Positions 9,754-20,452 of a DNA stretch of 64,000 bases are shown one piece after another (position 1 is the first letter of the stretch; every line of letters starts with the position of its first letter). The DNA is from Bacteroidia bacterium. GTDB lineage: Bacteria > Bacteroidota > Bacteroidia > Flavobacteriales > Flavobacteriaceae. Made by a program: the position numbers and the translations under genes. The notes under the pieces are model-generated. The model saw only the letters and a list, made by a program, of their open reading frames with translations. It was not told the DNA's origin and did not search any database. The stretch is from positions 118,126-182,125 of the forward strand of contig JAUIFO010000008.1 of assembly GCA_030430385.1 (NCBI GenBank), written 5' to 3'.

Positions 9754-11013
9754 ATGAAGGATTTATTTGAAAAGATTTATAAAGATAAAGGACCTTTAGG
9801 AAAATGGGCTTCTCAAGCAGAAGGTTATTTTGTATTTCCTAAGTTAGAAGGTCAAATATCTAATAGAATGAAATTTCAAGGTAAAGACGTAATTACTTGG
9901 AGTATTAACGATTACCTTGGTCTTGCTAACCATCCTGAAGTTAGAAAGGTTGACGCTGAAGCTGCCGCAGAGTATGGCTCTGCTTATCCAATGGGAGCAC
10001 GAATGATGTCTGGACATACAGATCTTCATGAACAACTACAAAATGAACTTGCTGAATTTGTACAAAAGGAAGCTGCATATTTGTTAAATTTTGGATACCA
10101 AGGTATGGTATCTACGGTTGATGCATTAGTTTCTAAAGATGATATCATTGTTTATGATGTTGATGCACATGCTTGTATTATTGATGGTGTACGTTTACAC
10201 ATGGGAAAACGCTTCACGTATAAGCATAATGATGTAGAGAGCTTAGAAAAGAACCTTGAGCGTGCTACTAAGATGGCAGAACAAACAGGTGGAGGAATTC
10301 TTGTGATTTCTGAAGGTGTGTTTGGAATGCGTGGTGAACAAGGGCGTTTAAAGGAAATCGTAGCTTTAAAGAAAAAATTCAATTTTAGATTATTTGTTGA
10401 TGATGCACATGGTTTTGGTACTTTAGGTGCTACTGGAGCTGGAGCTGGAGAAGAGCAAGGTGTTCAGGATGATATCGATGTGTATTTTGCTACGTTTGCT
10501 AAATCTATGGCAAGTACTGGAGCTTTTATAGCAGGTGATCAGGAAATCATAGATTATTTAAAATACAATTTACGTTCTCAAATGTTTGCGAAGTCGCTAC
10601 AAATGCAATTGGTAGTTGGTGCTCGCAAGCGTCTACAGATGTTAAAGACCATGCCTGAGTTAAAAGAAAACTTATGGACAATCGTAAATGCGTTACAATC
10701 TGGATTAAAAGAACGCGGATTCGATATTGGAACAACACAAAGTTGTGTGACTCCAGTATATTTAAAAGGAAGTATTCCTGAAGCAATGGCTTTGGTACGT
10801 GATTTACGTGAAAATTACGGGATTTTCTGTTCTATAGTTGTCTATCCTGTTATTCCTAAAGGCTTAATTCTTTTAAGAATGATTCCTACTGCAACGCATA
10901 CTTTAGAAGATGTTAATGAAACTCTTGATGCTTTTGATGCGATTAGAGATCGTTTAGAAAATGGAACTTATAAACGTTTATCTGCTGCATTAATCGCTGC
11001 AATGGGAGAATAA
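9754..11013 (+). CDS. alpha-oxoamine synthase family PLP acyltransferase (AONS / Kbl / serine palmitoyltransferase-like); candidate cysteate-C-fatty acyltransferase
   Basis: WSINDYLGLANHPEV, DDAHGFG and the FAKSMAS Lys motif are typical of the AONS/Spt family. Length is 419 aa. Confidence 0.8.
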   Translation: MKDLFEKIYKDKGPLGKWASQAEGYFVFPKLEGQISNRMKFQGKDVITWSINDYLGLANHPEVRKVDAEAAAEYGSAYPMGARMMSGHTDLHEQLQNELAEFVQKEAAYLLNFGYQGMVSTVDALVSKDDIIVYDVDAHACIIDGVRLHMGKRFTYKHNDVESLEKNLERATKMAEQTGGGILVISEGVFGMRGEQGRLKEIVALKKKFNFRLFVDDAHGFGTLGATGAGAGEEQGVQDDIDVYFATFAKSMASTGAFIAGDQEIIDYLKYNLRSQMFAKSLQMQLVVGARKRLQMLKTMPELKENLWTIVNALQSGLKERGFDIGTTQSCVTPVYLKGSIPEAMALVRDLRENYGIFCSIVVYPVIPKGLILLRMIPTATHTLEDVNETLDAFDAIRDRLENGTYKRLSAALIAAMGE

Positions 11014-11035
11014 TATTACAAAATAATTCAATACA

Positions 11036-11066
11036 AAATCCGATGAATACTCATCGGATTTTTTTG
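11036..11066. terminator. bidirectional rho-independent terminator
   Basis: AAATCCGATGA / TCATCGGATTT 11-bp stem with a 4-nt loop, flanked by an A-run and a T-run. It lies between convergent genes ending at 11013 and 11139. Confidence 0.8.
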
Positions 11067-11138
11067 TTTTAACTCTTAATGGTTTTTAATTTTTAAAATA
11101 TTGATTTTAAATGCATTAAAATACTTTATATGAAGTTT

Positions 11139-11843
11139 TTATTCATTTAAAAACACAACTGAATGACAGGCGACTATAGCAGCAGTTTCAGTTCTTAATC
11201 GTGTATTTCCTAAAGTAACAGGTTTAAAATGTTGTTGTAGTGCCAACTGAATTTCATTAGGACTAAAATCACCTTCAGGACCAATAAGAATCGTTACATC
11301 TGTATTAGGCTCTAAACTTTGTTTTAAGGCACTTTTGTTACTGTCTTCACAATGCGCAATAAAAAGTTGACCATTATGTTGTTGTTGCATGAAACTAGTG
11401 AAATTTACAGCTTCATTTAATTTGGGTAAATAGCAGTTCAGCGATTGCTTCATTGCAGCTAATAGAATTTTTTGATAACGTTCAGGTTTTATCACTTTAC
11501 GTTCACTGTTATCACAAATAATAGGAGTGATGCTATCAATACCGATTTCTGTAGCTTTTTCTAAAAACCATTCATAACGATCATTCATTTTTGTTGGTGC
11601 CACAGCAAGATGAATGTGATAAGAGCGTTTCGGTTGTACTTGATAAGCAGTAATATTAGCAGTGCACAATTTTTGATCTGCCGAGACTATTTCAGAAGTA
11701 AAGTGTATACCTTTTCCATTGGTAATATGAAGTTCATCACCAGCTTTCTTGCGTAATACTCGAACAATATGCTTGCTCTCTTCTTTTGAAAATTGAATAA
11801 ACTCTTGACCTTCTTCTAGTTCAGAATTATAAAATAATTGCAT
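11139..11843 (-). CDS. rsmE: 16S rRNA (uracil1498-N3)-methyltransferase
   Basis: RsmE pattern: N-terminal EESKHIVRVLRKKAGD and C-terminal ILIGPEGDFSPNE...LGNTRLRTETA. Confidence 0.85.
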   Translation of the reverse strand: MQLFYNSELEEGQEFIQFSKEESKHIVRVLRKKAGDELHITNGKGIHFTSEIVSADQKLCTANITAYQVQPKRSYHIHLAVAPTKMNDRYEWFLEKATEIGIDSITPIICDNSERKVIKPERYQKILLAAMKQSLNCYLPKLNEAVNFTSFMQQQHNGQLFIAHCEDSNKSALKQSLEPNTDVTILIGPEGDFSPNEIQLALQQHFKPVTLGNTRLRTETAAIVACHSVVFLNE

Positions 11844-12481
11844 TATTTAACAGTCTCCGTAATTTTAAGCACTTTGATCTCTTCAATGTATTTTGTGTCT
11901 TCTGTTTTAATGATCACATAATACCAATCTTGTTTTGGAACATCAACGGTAAAGATCTCATTTACATTGTGAATATCGTTAAAGGCTTGTTCTTCAAAAT
12001 CGGGATGCAAATCACCTTCAGTAACCCATCCAAGATCACCACCACGCTTAGCATTATCGTCCATTGAATAGTGTTTTGCTAGGTCTTCAAAACGGAATCC
12101 TTGTTGGTATTTATTAATAATACTTTGTCGAAGTGCATTAATCTCTTCAAGGCTTTTCTGTTTGCCATCTAAGAAAATGTAGCTGAATTTTTTATACGGA
12201 ATATCATTTTTCTCAACAACCTTGTAATAGGTCTTTGTCATATCGGTTTTATAGACTTTTTTAGAGCCTTTCCCAAGTCGGAATAATTCATCTGAAATTT
12301 GAGTGTGGTGTTTTTCTTTGTTGAACGTAATGACTTTTCCTTTGATGGACTTATTTTTCTTGACAAAAATTTTAGCTTCATCAAGAGTTTGAATAGAATC
12401 TAATTCGCTTTCAAAATCATCTTGAGCGAAACAAAGGACAGAACTAAAACATAAAGCAATTAAAAATGTATTCTTAAGCAT
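11843..12481 (-). CDS. parvulin-type peptidyl-prolyl isomerase, exported
   Basis: Signal peptide MLKNTFLIALCFSSVLCFAQ and PpiC-type core AKRGGDLGWVTEGDLHPDFEEQAF. The stop overlaps the rsmE start (TAATG). The track start 12508 is TTG, so I trimmed to ATG 12481. Confidence 0.75.
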   Translation of the reverse strand: MLKNTFLIALCFSSVLCFAQDDFESELDSIQTLDEAKIFVKKNKSIKGKVITFNKEKHHTQISDELFRLGKGSKKVYKTDMTKTYYKVVEKNDIPYKKFSYIFLDGKQKSLEEINALRQSIINKYQQGFRFEDLAKHYSMDDNAKRGGDLGWVTEGDLHPDFEEQAFNDIHNVNEIFTVDVPKQDWYYVIIKTEDTKYIEEIKVLKITETVK

Positions 12482-12583
12482 AGTGAGTTTGGTTAGGATT
12501 TGTTTCAAATTTAAAAGGAAACCTAAATCGCAAAACAGGAAAGCAATGAAGTTTTTAAGAATTGATTGTTTATAACTTCTAGA

Positions 12584-13246
12584 TTACTGCTGAATACGAC
12601 CATCTACCATAGTAAGTTTTCGGTCTGCCATATTAGCTAACTCCTGATTATGCGTGACAATCACAAAGGTTTGTCCGAATTCATCTCTCAATTTAAAGAA
12701 CAAATTATGAAGTTGTTCAGCAGACTCACTATCTAAATTACCAGAAGGTTCATCGGCAAAAATGATATCGGGATCATTAATTAACGCTCTAGCTACAGCA
12801 ACACGTTGTTGTTCACCACCAGATAACTCATTAGGTTTGTGATGATGGCGTTCACTTAATCCGAGAAAATTAAGTAATTCCTTAGCGCGAGATTCTACAT
12901 CGCTTTGCTTTTTTCCACTTATGAAAGCAGGAATACAAACGTTTTCAAGTGCAGTAAATTCAGGTAGTAATTGATGAAACTGAAAAATAAATCCGATATG
13001 CTTGTTTCTAAATTCTGCTAATGCTTTATCAGCAAGCTTAGACACTTCAATAGCATTGATCAATAGCGAACTTTGTTCTGTAGTATCTATCTTATCTAAA
13101 GTTCCTAAAATTTGAAGCAGCGTTGTTTTTCCAGCACCTGAAGCGCCAACTATAGATACCACTTCACCTTTTTTAATAGACAAGTCAACACCTTTTAGTA
13201 CGTGTAAATCACCATAGTATTTGTGAATTCCTTTTGCAGCTATCAT
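12584..13246 (-). CDS. ABC transporter ATP-binding protein (LolD/MacB-type)
   Basis: Walker [10 protein letters not shown], signature LSGGEQQR and Walker B IIFADEP. I trimmed from TTG 13255 to ATG 13246. Confidence 0.85.
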   Translation of the reverse strand: MIAAKGIHKYYGDLHVLKGVDLSIKKGEVVSIVGASGAGKTTLLQILGTLDKIDTTEQSSLLINAIEVSKLADKALAEFRNKHIGFIFQFHQLLPEFTALENVCIPAFISGKKQSDVESRAKELLNFLGLSERHHHKPNELSGGEQQRVAVARALINDPDIIFADEPSGNLDSESAEQLHNLFFKLRDEFGQTFVIVTHNQELANMADRKLTMVDGRIQQ

Positions 13247-13295
13247 AAATTTCAAATGTAATTCGAAAATACTATTTTAATATGAAAAATGATAA

Positions 13296-15821
13296 TTAAA
13301 AGAGTACTGCTTCAGGATTTCTATGACGTGATAGCATACTGAGTTTGTCAAGATCTTTAGGCTTCTTCTTAAAGATCTTTTTCAAACCATTATAATCAAT
13401 AAAGTATTGCAATCGTACTGATAGTATATGCTGCATGTCTTGTTTGAATAGATTGTCTAAACTGTCTGAAAAGCCCAAATCGGCAAACTCATCAGAATTG
13501 AACAACTGATTTCTATACAAAGCGGTTAAAAAACTACCAGGTGCAAATTGCCACGAATAACTCAAATCGAGATTCCATGTACTAAAGTTTACATCAGAGC
13601 TTGCTAGACCTAGTTGATCGAATGTACTGGTCGATCTTATGAGTCGTCCATTATCCTGAAGGAAATAAGGTGCTTTATCATATTTTACGGTCGTCCAGTA
13701 ATTTCTGAAGGTGAGGTTTAAGGAATTAAACGGATCAAAGTTATAACCAGCAGATATTCTATTTACGATTGTTTTTTGATTGCGTTCACCAAAAACAATT
13801 TCATCGTCTAAGTCGTTTGAATTGTTAGCGTAACCTCGACTTCCAAGTTCGTTGGTAAAATCAAAACTGTAGGATACTAAAAATTTATCACTGATAAGAA
13901 ACCTTGGACTAAATCCAAACCACCATTGTAAATAATCGCGTCCTTCTTCAAAAAGGGTAGCACCTCCAATGTTGGTGTCTAAAGCTACAGGCTTGTTGTA
14001 GTTAGTAGAAATCCACATGTTTCCATTAATTCGGTTTTCATAAATAAAGAAACGTTTATTTTCAAAGTCTCTTGGCTCAAAGAAATCATACTGTTTTCCC
14101 ATTTGGTAGTTAAGGTTACCACCAAAATCCATTAACTCTTTTTTAGTTTTTCCGTAGACACTTACTCCAGCATTCTGACCAGTAAATGTACTAGGTTTGT
14201 ATAAGCGTCTGTAATTGTACCAAGCATTTATACTGAAGTTATTTAGTTTTTCTGAAGGTTCAAAAATTTGATACCAAATATCAGCGCCAAAATTGTTGAA
14301 GTTATTTCTGAAGTTTAAACCAAGGTCATTAATGTCAAAATTTTCATTAGAAAAACTATGGTCAAAGCTATAACGCAGATTTCCGTGAGCCTTTCTAATA
14401 TAAAAGAATGAACTCAATCCAGTTTCAATTCCTGTATCTAAGTTTCGGTTGCTCATTTTTACATCTGCTCTGATGTTGTAGGTGTTTCGTTTGTTGAAAA
14501 TATTTCCAACTAAAGCAGTAACATTTGCATCTCTAAAACCGCTACCTTCTCTAATGACATTAGTGTTTACAATAGCTACGGAAGAGTTACCATTAAACTG
14601 TTGATCTAAAACCATAATATTGTAATTTGTAAAAGGCTCTACAGTTTCAGTTCTAGTTTCACCAGTAACTGTATTTACAATTTTAGCATCGGTTTTTTCA
14701 GTAATTGCATTAAAGAAGCCAACACCCAAACCATTTTTATTTCGACCTGATATTTTTAAAGCATTTAATACTTTTACTTCATCAGGATAGTCTGAAATTT
14801 CTTCATCATCATCCAATTCAACATCACCAGTTGGAGCGCTTCCAACACGTCTTGAGAAGAACAAATCACCTTTGTTAAAGAGTTCGACACCTTCGGTAAA
14901 AAACTGACGCTGTTCATTGAAGGTTTGTTCAAATGGACCAAGATTTAAGAATAAATTATCAAATCCAGCCTGACTAAAATCAGGAATTAGAGTTGCATCA
15001 AGTGTGATGTTTTCAGTAATCCCAAACTTTATATCCATTCCCAGATTAAAATCAGGTTTATTCTTACTATCAAATACTGTAGATGCAAACGGATAGACAT
15101 TGAGTCGGAGAGGAGGTTCTATATTTTTAATCCCATTAAGTTCACCATGATACAACCCTATATTACCTTTAGTGACATCAAAAGGATTCCAAGTGTATTG
15201 TGATCTGTCACGTTGAAATCGTCTATGGAACTGTAATCCCCAAGTTTCTACATCAGGAGAAAAGCGCAGTGCACGATAAGGGATTTTCATTTCAACAACC
15301 CAACCATCGTCATTAATTTTTACAGCACTATCCCAAACCGCATTCCAACTAAAATCTTCTCCAATATTTGGATTTGCAATAGCATCAGCTTGAGTTCCTG
15401 ACGAGAACACAAAAAACTCTGTATCATTTTGTGCATCATTGTTCGGGTTGATTACAATAAGAAAGAAGTCAGATTGCCCAAAATTATCTCTACTTGTAAA
15501 CTGTTTAGACATCAAGCTAGGGTCATCGTATAAGTATGCAGCGACATAGATTCCAGAGTCGTCATAAGCCATTTTTACGATAGTTTTACGTTCTTCGGTT
15601 GCTGGCAATCCCATTTCTGGTCTAAACTGAATAAAATCCGTTGCAATATCAGCAGTTTTCCAAACGTCATCATCTAAAACACCATCAATTTTAGGCGCAA
15701 TGGCAGTACGTTCAATATGAAGTTGTTTTTTAGGAATTGTATTTTCAGAACTTTCTGATTCTTGGGAATAGCTTTGGAGCACCAATAAAAAGGTCAGAAA
15801 GAGTGTTAAGCGGATTTTCAT
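13296..15821 (-). CDS. large outer-membrane protein, CBM9-like N-domain plus beta-barrel (DUF5916-type)
   Basis: Signal peptide MKIRLTLFLTFLLVLQSYSQ and PKIDGVLDDDVWKTA, as in CBM9-like modules. A long alternating beta-strand region ends in ...EAVLF. Confidence 0.65.
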   Translation of the reverse strand: MKIRLTLFLTFLLVLQSYSQESESSENTIPKKQLHIERTAIAPKIDGVLDDDVWKTADIATDFIQFRPEMGLPATEERKTIVKMAYDDSGIYVAAYLYDDPSLMSKQFTSRDNFGQSDFFLIVINPNNDAQNDTEFFVFSSGTQADAIANPNIGEDFSWNAVWDSAVKINDDGWVVEMKIPYRALRFSPDVETWGLQFHRRFQRDRSQYTWNPFDVTKGNIGLYHGELNGIKNIEPPLRLNVYPFASTVFDSKNKPDFNLGMDIKFGITENITLDATLIPDFSQAGFDNLFLNLGPFEQTFNEQRQFFTEGVELFNKGDLFFSRRVGSAPTGDVELDDDEEISDYPDEVKVLNALKISGRNKNGLGVGFFNAITEKTDAKIVNTVTGETRTETVEPFTNYNIMVLDQQFNGNSSVAIVNTNVIREGSGFRDANVTALVGNIFNKRNTYNIRADVKMSNRNLDTGIETGLSSFFYIRKAHGNLRYSFDHSFSNENFDINDLGLNFRNNFNNFGADIWYQIFEPSEKLNNFSINAWYNYRRLYKPSTFTGQNAGVSVYGKTKKELMDFGGNLNYQMGKQYDFFEPRDFENKRFFIYENRINGNMWISTNYNKPVALDTNIGGATLFEEGRDYLQWWFGFSPRFLISDKFLVSYSFDFTNELGSRGYANNSNDLDDEIVFGERNQKTIVNRISAGYNFDPFNSLNLTFRNYWTTVKYDKAPYFLQDNGRLIRSTSTFDQLGLASSDVNFSTWNLDLSYSWQFAPGSFLTALYRNQLFNSDEFADLGFSDSLDNLFKQDMQHILSVRLQYFIDYNGLKKIFKKKPKDLDKLSMLSRHRNPEAVLF

Positions 15822-16020
15822 TTTAGTTTGATTGATGATTGTCGTTAATTGTATTAAAGACAACTAAAATATGGCATTGTTACAGTTAGTTACGCAAATC
15901 TAAATAGGCGAGCTGCTGAATTTTCATAATAGAACGTTAAAAACAAAATCGGAGTGTTAATGTTTATGTAAGAACTTTTACGAATATTTTACTTACTTTT
16001 AGTTACATAAACACTAGAAT

Positions 16021-16617
16021 ATGCCTTATCACAAATTTGAAGAATACAATATTAAAGTGACAGATGATGTCAAAGCGCGATATAAGAGTATTATTGAAGA
16101 CTTAGGAGAGGATACCAATCGTGATGGTTTATTAAAAACACCTGAACGTGCTTCCAAAGCAATGCAGTTTTTGACTCAAGGTTACCATCAGGATGCTGCC
16201 GAAATTCTTAAAAGTGCTATGTTCAAAGAATCGTATAACGAAATGGTCATTGTTAAAGATATAGAATTGTATTCGTTATGTGAGCATCATATTTTGCCAT
16301 TTTTTGGAAAGGCTCACATTGCCTATATTCCTAATGGCTATATTGTTGGGTTAAGTAAAATCCCTCGAATTGTGGATGTGTTTTCAAGAAGACTACAAGT
16401 GCAAGAACGATTAACACAACAAATTTTAGATTGTATCAATACCACACTGAAACCCGAAGGTGTTGCCGTTGTTATTGAAGCCTCACATATGTGTATGATG
16501 ATGCGTGGTGTTCAAAAGCAAAATTCTACAACAACGACCTCAGGATTTAGAGGAGCATTTAAAAACATTGAAACCCGAACAGAGTTTTTAAAGTTGATAA
16601 GTGAAGACTTGTCATAA
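16021..16617 (+). CDS. folE: GTP cyclohydrolase I
   Basis: [24 protein letters not shown] and HMCMMMRGV are classic FolE motifs. Confidence 0.92.
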   Translation: MPYHKFEEYNIKVTDDVKARYKSIIEDLGEDTNRDGLLKTPERASKAMQFLTQGYHQDAAEILKSAMFKESYNEMVIVKDIELYSLCEHHILPFFGKAHIAYIPNGYIVGLSKIPRIVDVFSRRLQVQERLTQQILDCINTTLKPEGVAVVIEASHMCMMMRGVQKQNSTTTTSGFRGAFKNIETRTEFLKLISEDLS

Positions 16618-16668
16618 GTGTCTATTTTGGAATGCTATTTGCTTAACTACAAGTAAATTAAATTGTAT

Positions 16669-16968
16669 ATGAATTTAGAACACTTATCAAAAAACAAGAA
16701 ATTAGTATTAGGTATTTTACTGGATGCTTGTGGTTACTTGTCATTTATTTTTCCTCCTATAGATTTTGTTTGGGCACCAGCTTCAGCATGGTTAATGACC
16801 AAACTGTATAAAGGAAGAACAGGAAAAATAGCAGCAGTAATTACGTTTATAGAAGAAGCACTACCTATGTTTGATGTAATTCCAACATTTACCTTAATGT
16901 GGTTATATACTTATGTGTTTTCTTCGGAAAAAAAGACTTCAGAAAATAAGATTATCGATATAGATTAA
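16669..16968 (+). CDS. small integral membrane protein, unknown function
   Basis: About 99 aa with two or three hydrophobic segments. I recognise no family. The position after folE and the terminator that follows support expression. Confidence 0.45.
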   Translation: MNLEHLSKNKKLVLGILLDACGYLSFIFPPIDFVWAPASAWLMTKLYKGRTGKIAAVITFIEEALPMFDVIPTFTLMWLYTYVFSSEKKTSENKIIDID

Positions 16969-16970
16969 AC

Positions 16971-17005
16971 AAAAAAAAGCCTTGTTTTAAACAAGGCTTT
17001 TTTTA
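16971..17005. terminator. bidirectional rho-independent terminator
   Basis: A-run, then GCCTTGT / ACAAGGC stem with a 5-nt loop, then T-run. It lies between convergent genes ending at 16968 and 17025. Confidence 0.8.
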
Positions 17006-17024
17006 TTTGAATAGACTATGTGTG

Positions 17025-17612
17025 TTATTGAATTACAACGTCTGAAAAGGTAATGTTAACATCTGCGGATCCTCCTGTTTGTGCTCCAAGTCCTTCGTTA
17101 GCGTTACTGTCTACCGTTTCAGATTCGTGAAATAATTGAACTGTAATAGTTCCTGTTCCAGCTGAATTGGCAGTCCAAGTAGTTTCAAAACCAAGGAAGT
17201 TGCCATCCATTCTTTCAATATCATTTGCAGATCTGGCAAATGTCATGTCTAATCCGTTAATACCATAAACAAAGAAATGCTCGTCTGGTTCATCTTCAGT
17301 AACCTCTATGGTAATATCTTCATCTTCAATGGAGTTATACAAATTCACAGTTGCTGTGTAGGTATCACCAACATTGAAAGCACCAGTTACAGATAAGGTT
17401 GGTTCTAACGGTCCATCGTCACCATCTGGATCAACACTTAAAAGTGTTACAACATCAGATGCGTCGGCATTGTTCACGAATCTAAATGTAACATTAGTGA
17501 TGACTTCATCTTCGTTTGGTTCTCCGCCACCACTGCTATCATCATCATTAGAACATGACGCAAAAAGCGCGAGTGAGAGTATTGCGCTTAAAAATAATTT
17601 AGTTGTTTTCAT
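17025..17612 (-). CDS. acidic surface lipoprotein, unknown function (TonB-receptor associated)
   Basis: Lipobox LALFASC followed by SNDDDSSGGGEPNEDE. The body looks beta-rich and contains DEPDEH and FHESE. I trimmed to the ATG giving a 20-aa lipoprotein signal. Confidence 0.55.
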   Translation of the reverse strand: MKTTKLFLSAILSLALFASCSNDDDSSGGGEPNEDEVITNVTFRFVNNADASDVVTLLSVDPDGDDGPLEPTLSVTGAFNVGDTYTATVNLYNSIEDEDITIEVTEDEPDEHFFVYGINGLDMTFARSANDIERMDGNFLGFETTWTANSAGTGTITVQLFHESETVDSNANEGLGAQTGGSADVNITFSDVVIQ

Positions 17613-17679
17613 AGCATTTGTATTTAAGAATGTCATAGATTTTATGTTGTTTATTGAATTATTTGTTTTCATCTTTTTT

Positions 17680-20082
17680 TTAATAATTAAGTTTTAATTG
17701 TAAGGTTATATTTCGACCTAAGTCATCTGCAAAATAGCGCAGACGATTTAGGTAATTTCTGTAGGAAGTATCAAAAATGTTGTTGATGCCTACAGCTATA
17801 TTTAAGCTAGATTTGAGGTTTAGGTCAAAATTAGCTTCCGTATAAAAATGCAATAAATGATAAGCAGGTGGAGGTGTACTTACATCTAATAATTGCAATT
17901 CTCCAGTAGTAGGATTGTCTACTTCAAAATTAAAATCTGGAAATTCATTTTGTTCTAAAACCCATTCCGATTTCAAACTTGCAGAGAAATTATACCAGTC
18001 TTTATTTGAATATGTAATACTATTGGAAGTGCTAAATGCTGGCATATCAATTAGCGGCTGATCATCTTCATCATAACCTTTAATAAAAGCTGTTTTGTTT
18101 AACCAATTGAATTGGTTAGTAAAATCATAACTTATGGTTAGGTCTGTTCCAAATAAATTAGCATTAGTTTGCTTGTATTCCCAAACAGGAAAAGCACCTC
18201 TATTACTCTGTAATACACCTGTTGGTCGTAAGTACATATAGTTATTTATAGCATTGTAAAACACGTCGATAGCAATATTAAGTTTAGAACCTGAATGCTT
18301 ATAAGTTGCAGAAACTCTATTCGCGATTTCTGGGTCTAGTCTTAAATCTCCTAATTCTATACGAGCAGCAGAGTGGTGTAGACCATCACTAAAAAGTTCG
18401 GCAGGATTTGGAGGTCTACTCGCTAAACTATAGTTACCAATAATATGGTTTTCAATATCAATGTCATAACGTGCGCCAACAGAAGCAGAAATATTATGAT
18501 AATCAAAAACAGGATTAGTAAATATGTTTGATCCAGAAATATCATCTCTTGGTATTTCAAATTCAGGAAAATCTATATCATAACCACGTTCTTCCCATCG
18601 CGATCTTTGGTAATATTTAAAAGCATCAATGCGATTAAAATCATAACGCAATCCAGCATCAACAAGCCAATCGTCATTAATTTGCCATTCTGAAGTTATA
18701 TAAGCACCAAAATCATACTTTTCGTAATTTGGAATCAAACGTCTTACACCAGTATTAGGAGCTAAATTATCTTGAAACCTTCCAAGGAAACCGAAGTTTA
18801 ACTTTCTGTCTAGATTAACATCTACGTTTACATCAGCAAGTAAAGTGTGTGTTTGTAGAGTTAAATCTAGCGCAGCTTGATTTCTAAGATCACCTCGTCT
18901 AATATCAAATTCAAGTCGGTTGTTGTTTTGGTAATCATATTGTAAATTGACTTTCCCAAAGTTTTTAAAGCGTTTGAAATACGTTGCTTTAAATAAATGG
19001 TGCGTCACTTCTTGTCTTGGATTGTCAATATCATAACTAAAATCTCTAACAATTGCAGGTTGTTGTGAGTTTATAGCAGTAATCAAATCATTGACATTAC
19101 CAATATGCGAAGAAGCTAGAATTCCAATTTCATTATTGATGTAGCTATAGAATAGTTCAAAGCCAGATTTAAACGTCGATTTTCCTGTTCGAAGAGATAT
19201 GCTTTCCGATTGTAAACCCGTATTGGTGAGTTGGTATTCAGGAGCTTTAAAATCTCCATTTTTTTTGAATGACCCTTGAATACTAGCAAACCAACCATTT
19301 TCATAGCTTTTAGTTAAGGTAGATGTTAGATTATAACCTCGACCATTGGTTTGACCACCAATAATGGTTTTACCAAACAGACTATCTTTTTTGAAGATTC
19401 TATCTGGCTTTATAACAATAACACCGCCTATAGCATCTCCACCATATGCTAAAGCGCCAGCACCTTTTATCACAGATATTTGATCAGCACTATTAATATC
19501 TATATTTGGTGCGTGTTCAACTCCCCATTCATGATCTTGCAAACGTACATTGTTGTTTAAAATTAAAAGACGACTGCTATGCAAACCGTTAATCATTGGC
19601 TTAACAATGCTGTTTCCAGTATTTATAGAAGACACTCCTGAAATTTCTTTTAAAGCATCACCTAAGTTTAGGTGACTGTATTGTTCTAAAGTTTCCGTTT
19701 TTAGAATAGTCTCCTGAGCAGTTTTGGTCTCTTTAACACGACTAGATCCTTTTACAGCAACCTCATTCAATTGTTCAATATGATGTTCTAATAAAATTGT
19801 TTTAAACACATCACCAGATATTGAAATGGTTACTGTTTTAGTCTCACAGCCTATATGAGAGATGACCAAAGTGATATCACCTTTGCATAGTTCTTCAATT
19901 TTGAATTTGCCATCAAAGTCAGAGATGATATACTTGTCTAATTCTTGTATATATATGTTTGCAGCTGTGATTGGTGTGCCATCATGGAAGTCTTTAATTT
20001 CTCCTAATAGCGTGAAATCACAGTTTTGAGCATAATGAAATCCATATATGAATAACATCATACTCGTCAAAAAATATTTCAT
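17680..20082 (-). CDS. TonB-dependent receptor
   Basis: Carboxypeptidase-regulatory-like N-domain, then a plug region (VSSINTGNSIVKPMINGL). The long beta-barrel ends in the aromatic terminal LQLKLNY. Confidence 0.85.
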   Translation of the reverse strand: MKYFLTSMMLFIYGFHYAQNCDFTLLGEIKDFHDGTPITAANIYIQELDKYIISDFDGKFKIEELCKGDITLVISHIGCETKTVTISISGDVFKTILLEHHIEQLNEVAVKGSSRVKETKTAQETILKTETLEQYSHLNLGDALKEISGVSSINTGNSIVKPMINGLHSSRLLILNNNVRLQDHEWGVEHAPNIDINSADQISVIKGAGALAYGGDAIGGVIVIKPDRIFKKDSLFGKTIIGGQTNGRGYNLTSTLTKSYENGWFASIQGSFKKNGDFKAPEYQLTNTGLQSESISLRTGKSTFKSGFELFYSYINNEIGILASSHIGNVNDLITAINSQQPAIVRDFSYDIDNPRQEVTHHLFKATYFKRFKNFGKVNLQYDYQNNNRLEFDIRRGDLRNQAALDLTLQTHTLLADVNVDVNLDRKLNFGFLGRFQDNLAPNTGVRRLIPNYEKYDFGAYITSEWQINDDWLVDAGLRYDFNRIDAFKYYQRSRWEERGYDIDFPEFEIPRDDISGSNIFTNPVFDYHNISASVGARYDIDIENHIIGNYSLASRPPNPAELFSDGLHHSAARIELGDLRLDPEIANRVSATYKHSGSKLNIAIDVFYNAINNYMYLRPTGVLQSNRGAFPVWEYKQTNANLFGTDLTISYDFTNQFNWLNKTAFIKGYDEDDQPLIDMPAFSTSNSITYSNKDWYNFSASLKSEWVLEQNEFPDFNFEVDNPTTGELQLLDVSTPPPAYHLLHFYTEANFDLNLKSSLNIAVGINNIFDTSYRNYLNRLRYFADDLGRNITLQLKLNY

Positions 20083-20119
20083 TGAAAATAATTTAACGTA
20101 ATAAAATAGGGAATAGAGT

Positions 20120-20452
20120 TTACGTTAAATGCGGTGGGCCTCTGAGACTAGAGGTTAATTGCTTATGACTCTTTAAGAAAGAGTAGTAGTTGACTTTTGT
20201 AGTACTAGTTTCGGTAGTAGTCTTTAATTCGTAATTAAAAAACTCAAAGATGGAATTGTGATTGATTTTAAATTTATAAAATTCACAATCCAAATCTATT
20301 TCATGAAAATGTGATTGGTTTTCTATAAGACATATCTCATGTTCATGATGTTTTAAGAGATGCGTAAACTTTACAGCAATAGGTAGCATAAGACAAGCTA
20401 TTAGTGCAATAGCTGAAGCTTTAAACCCAAGATGTATTTTAGTGTTACTCAT
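20120..20452 (-). CDS. small membrane-anchored His/Cys-rich protein
   Basis: One N-terminal TM segment followed by KHHEHEICLIENQSHFHEIDLDCEF. The start overlaps the upstream gene stop by 8 nt (ATGAGTAA). It lies 37 nt upstream of the TonB-dependent receptor. Confidence 0.5.
   Translation of the reverse strand: MSNTKIHLGFKASAIALIACLMLPIAVKFTHLLKHHEHEICLIENQSHFHEIDLDCEFYKFKINHNSIFEFFNYELKTTTETSTTKVNYYSFLKSHKQLTSSLRGPPHLT

Noticed and set aside
17374-17697. 107-aa + strand ORF
   Set aside because: It is antisense to the acidic lipoprotein gene and bridges into the receptor stop region. It is the Ser/Pro-rich mirror of an Asp/Glu/Gly-rich frame.
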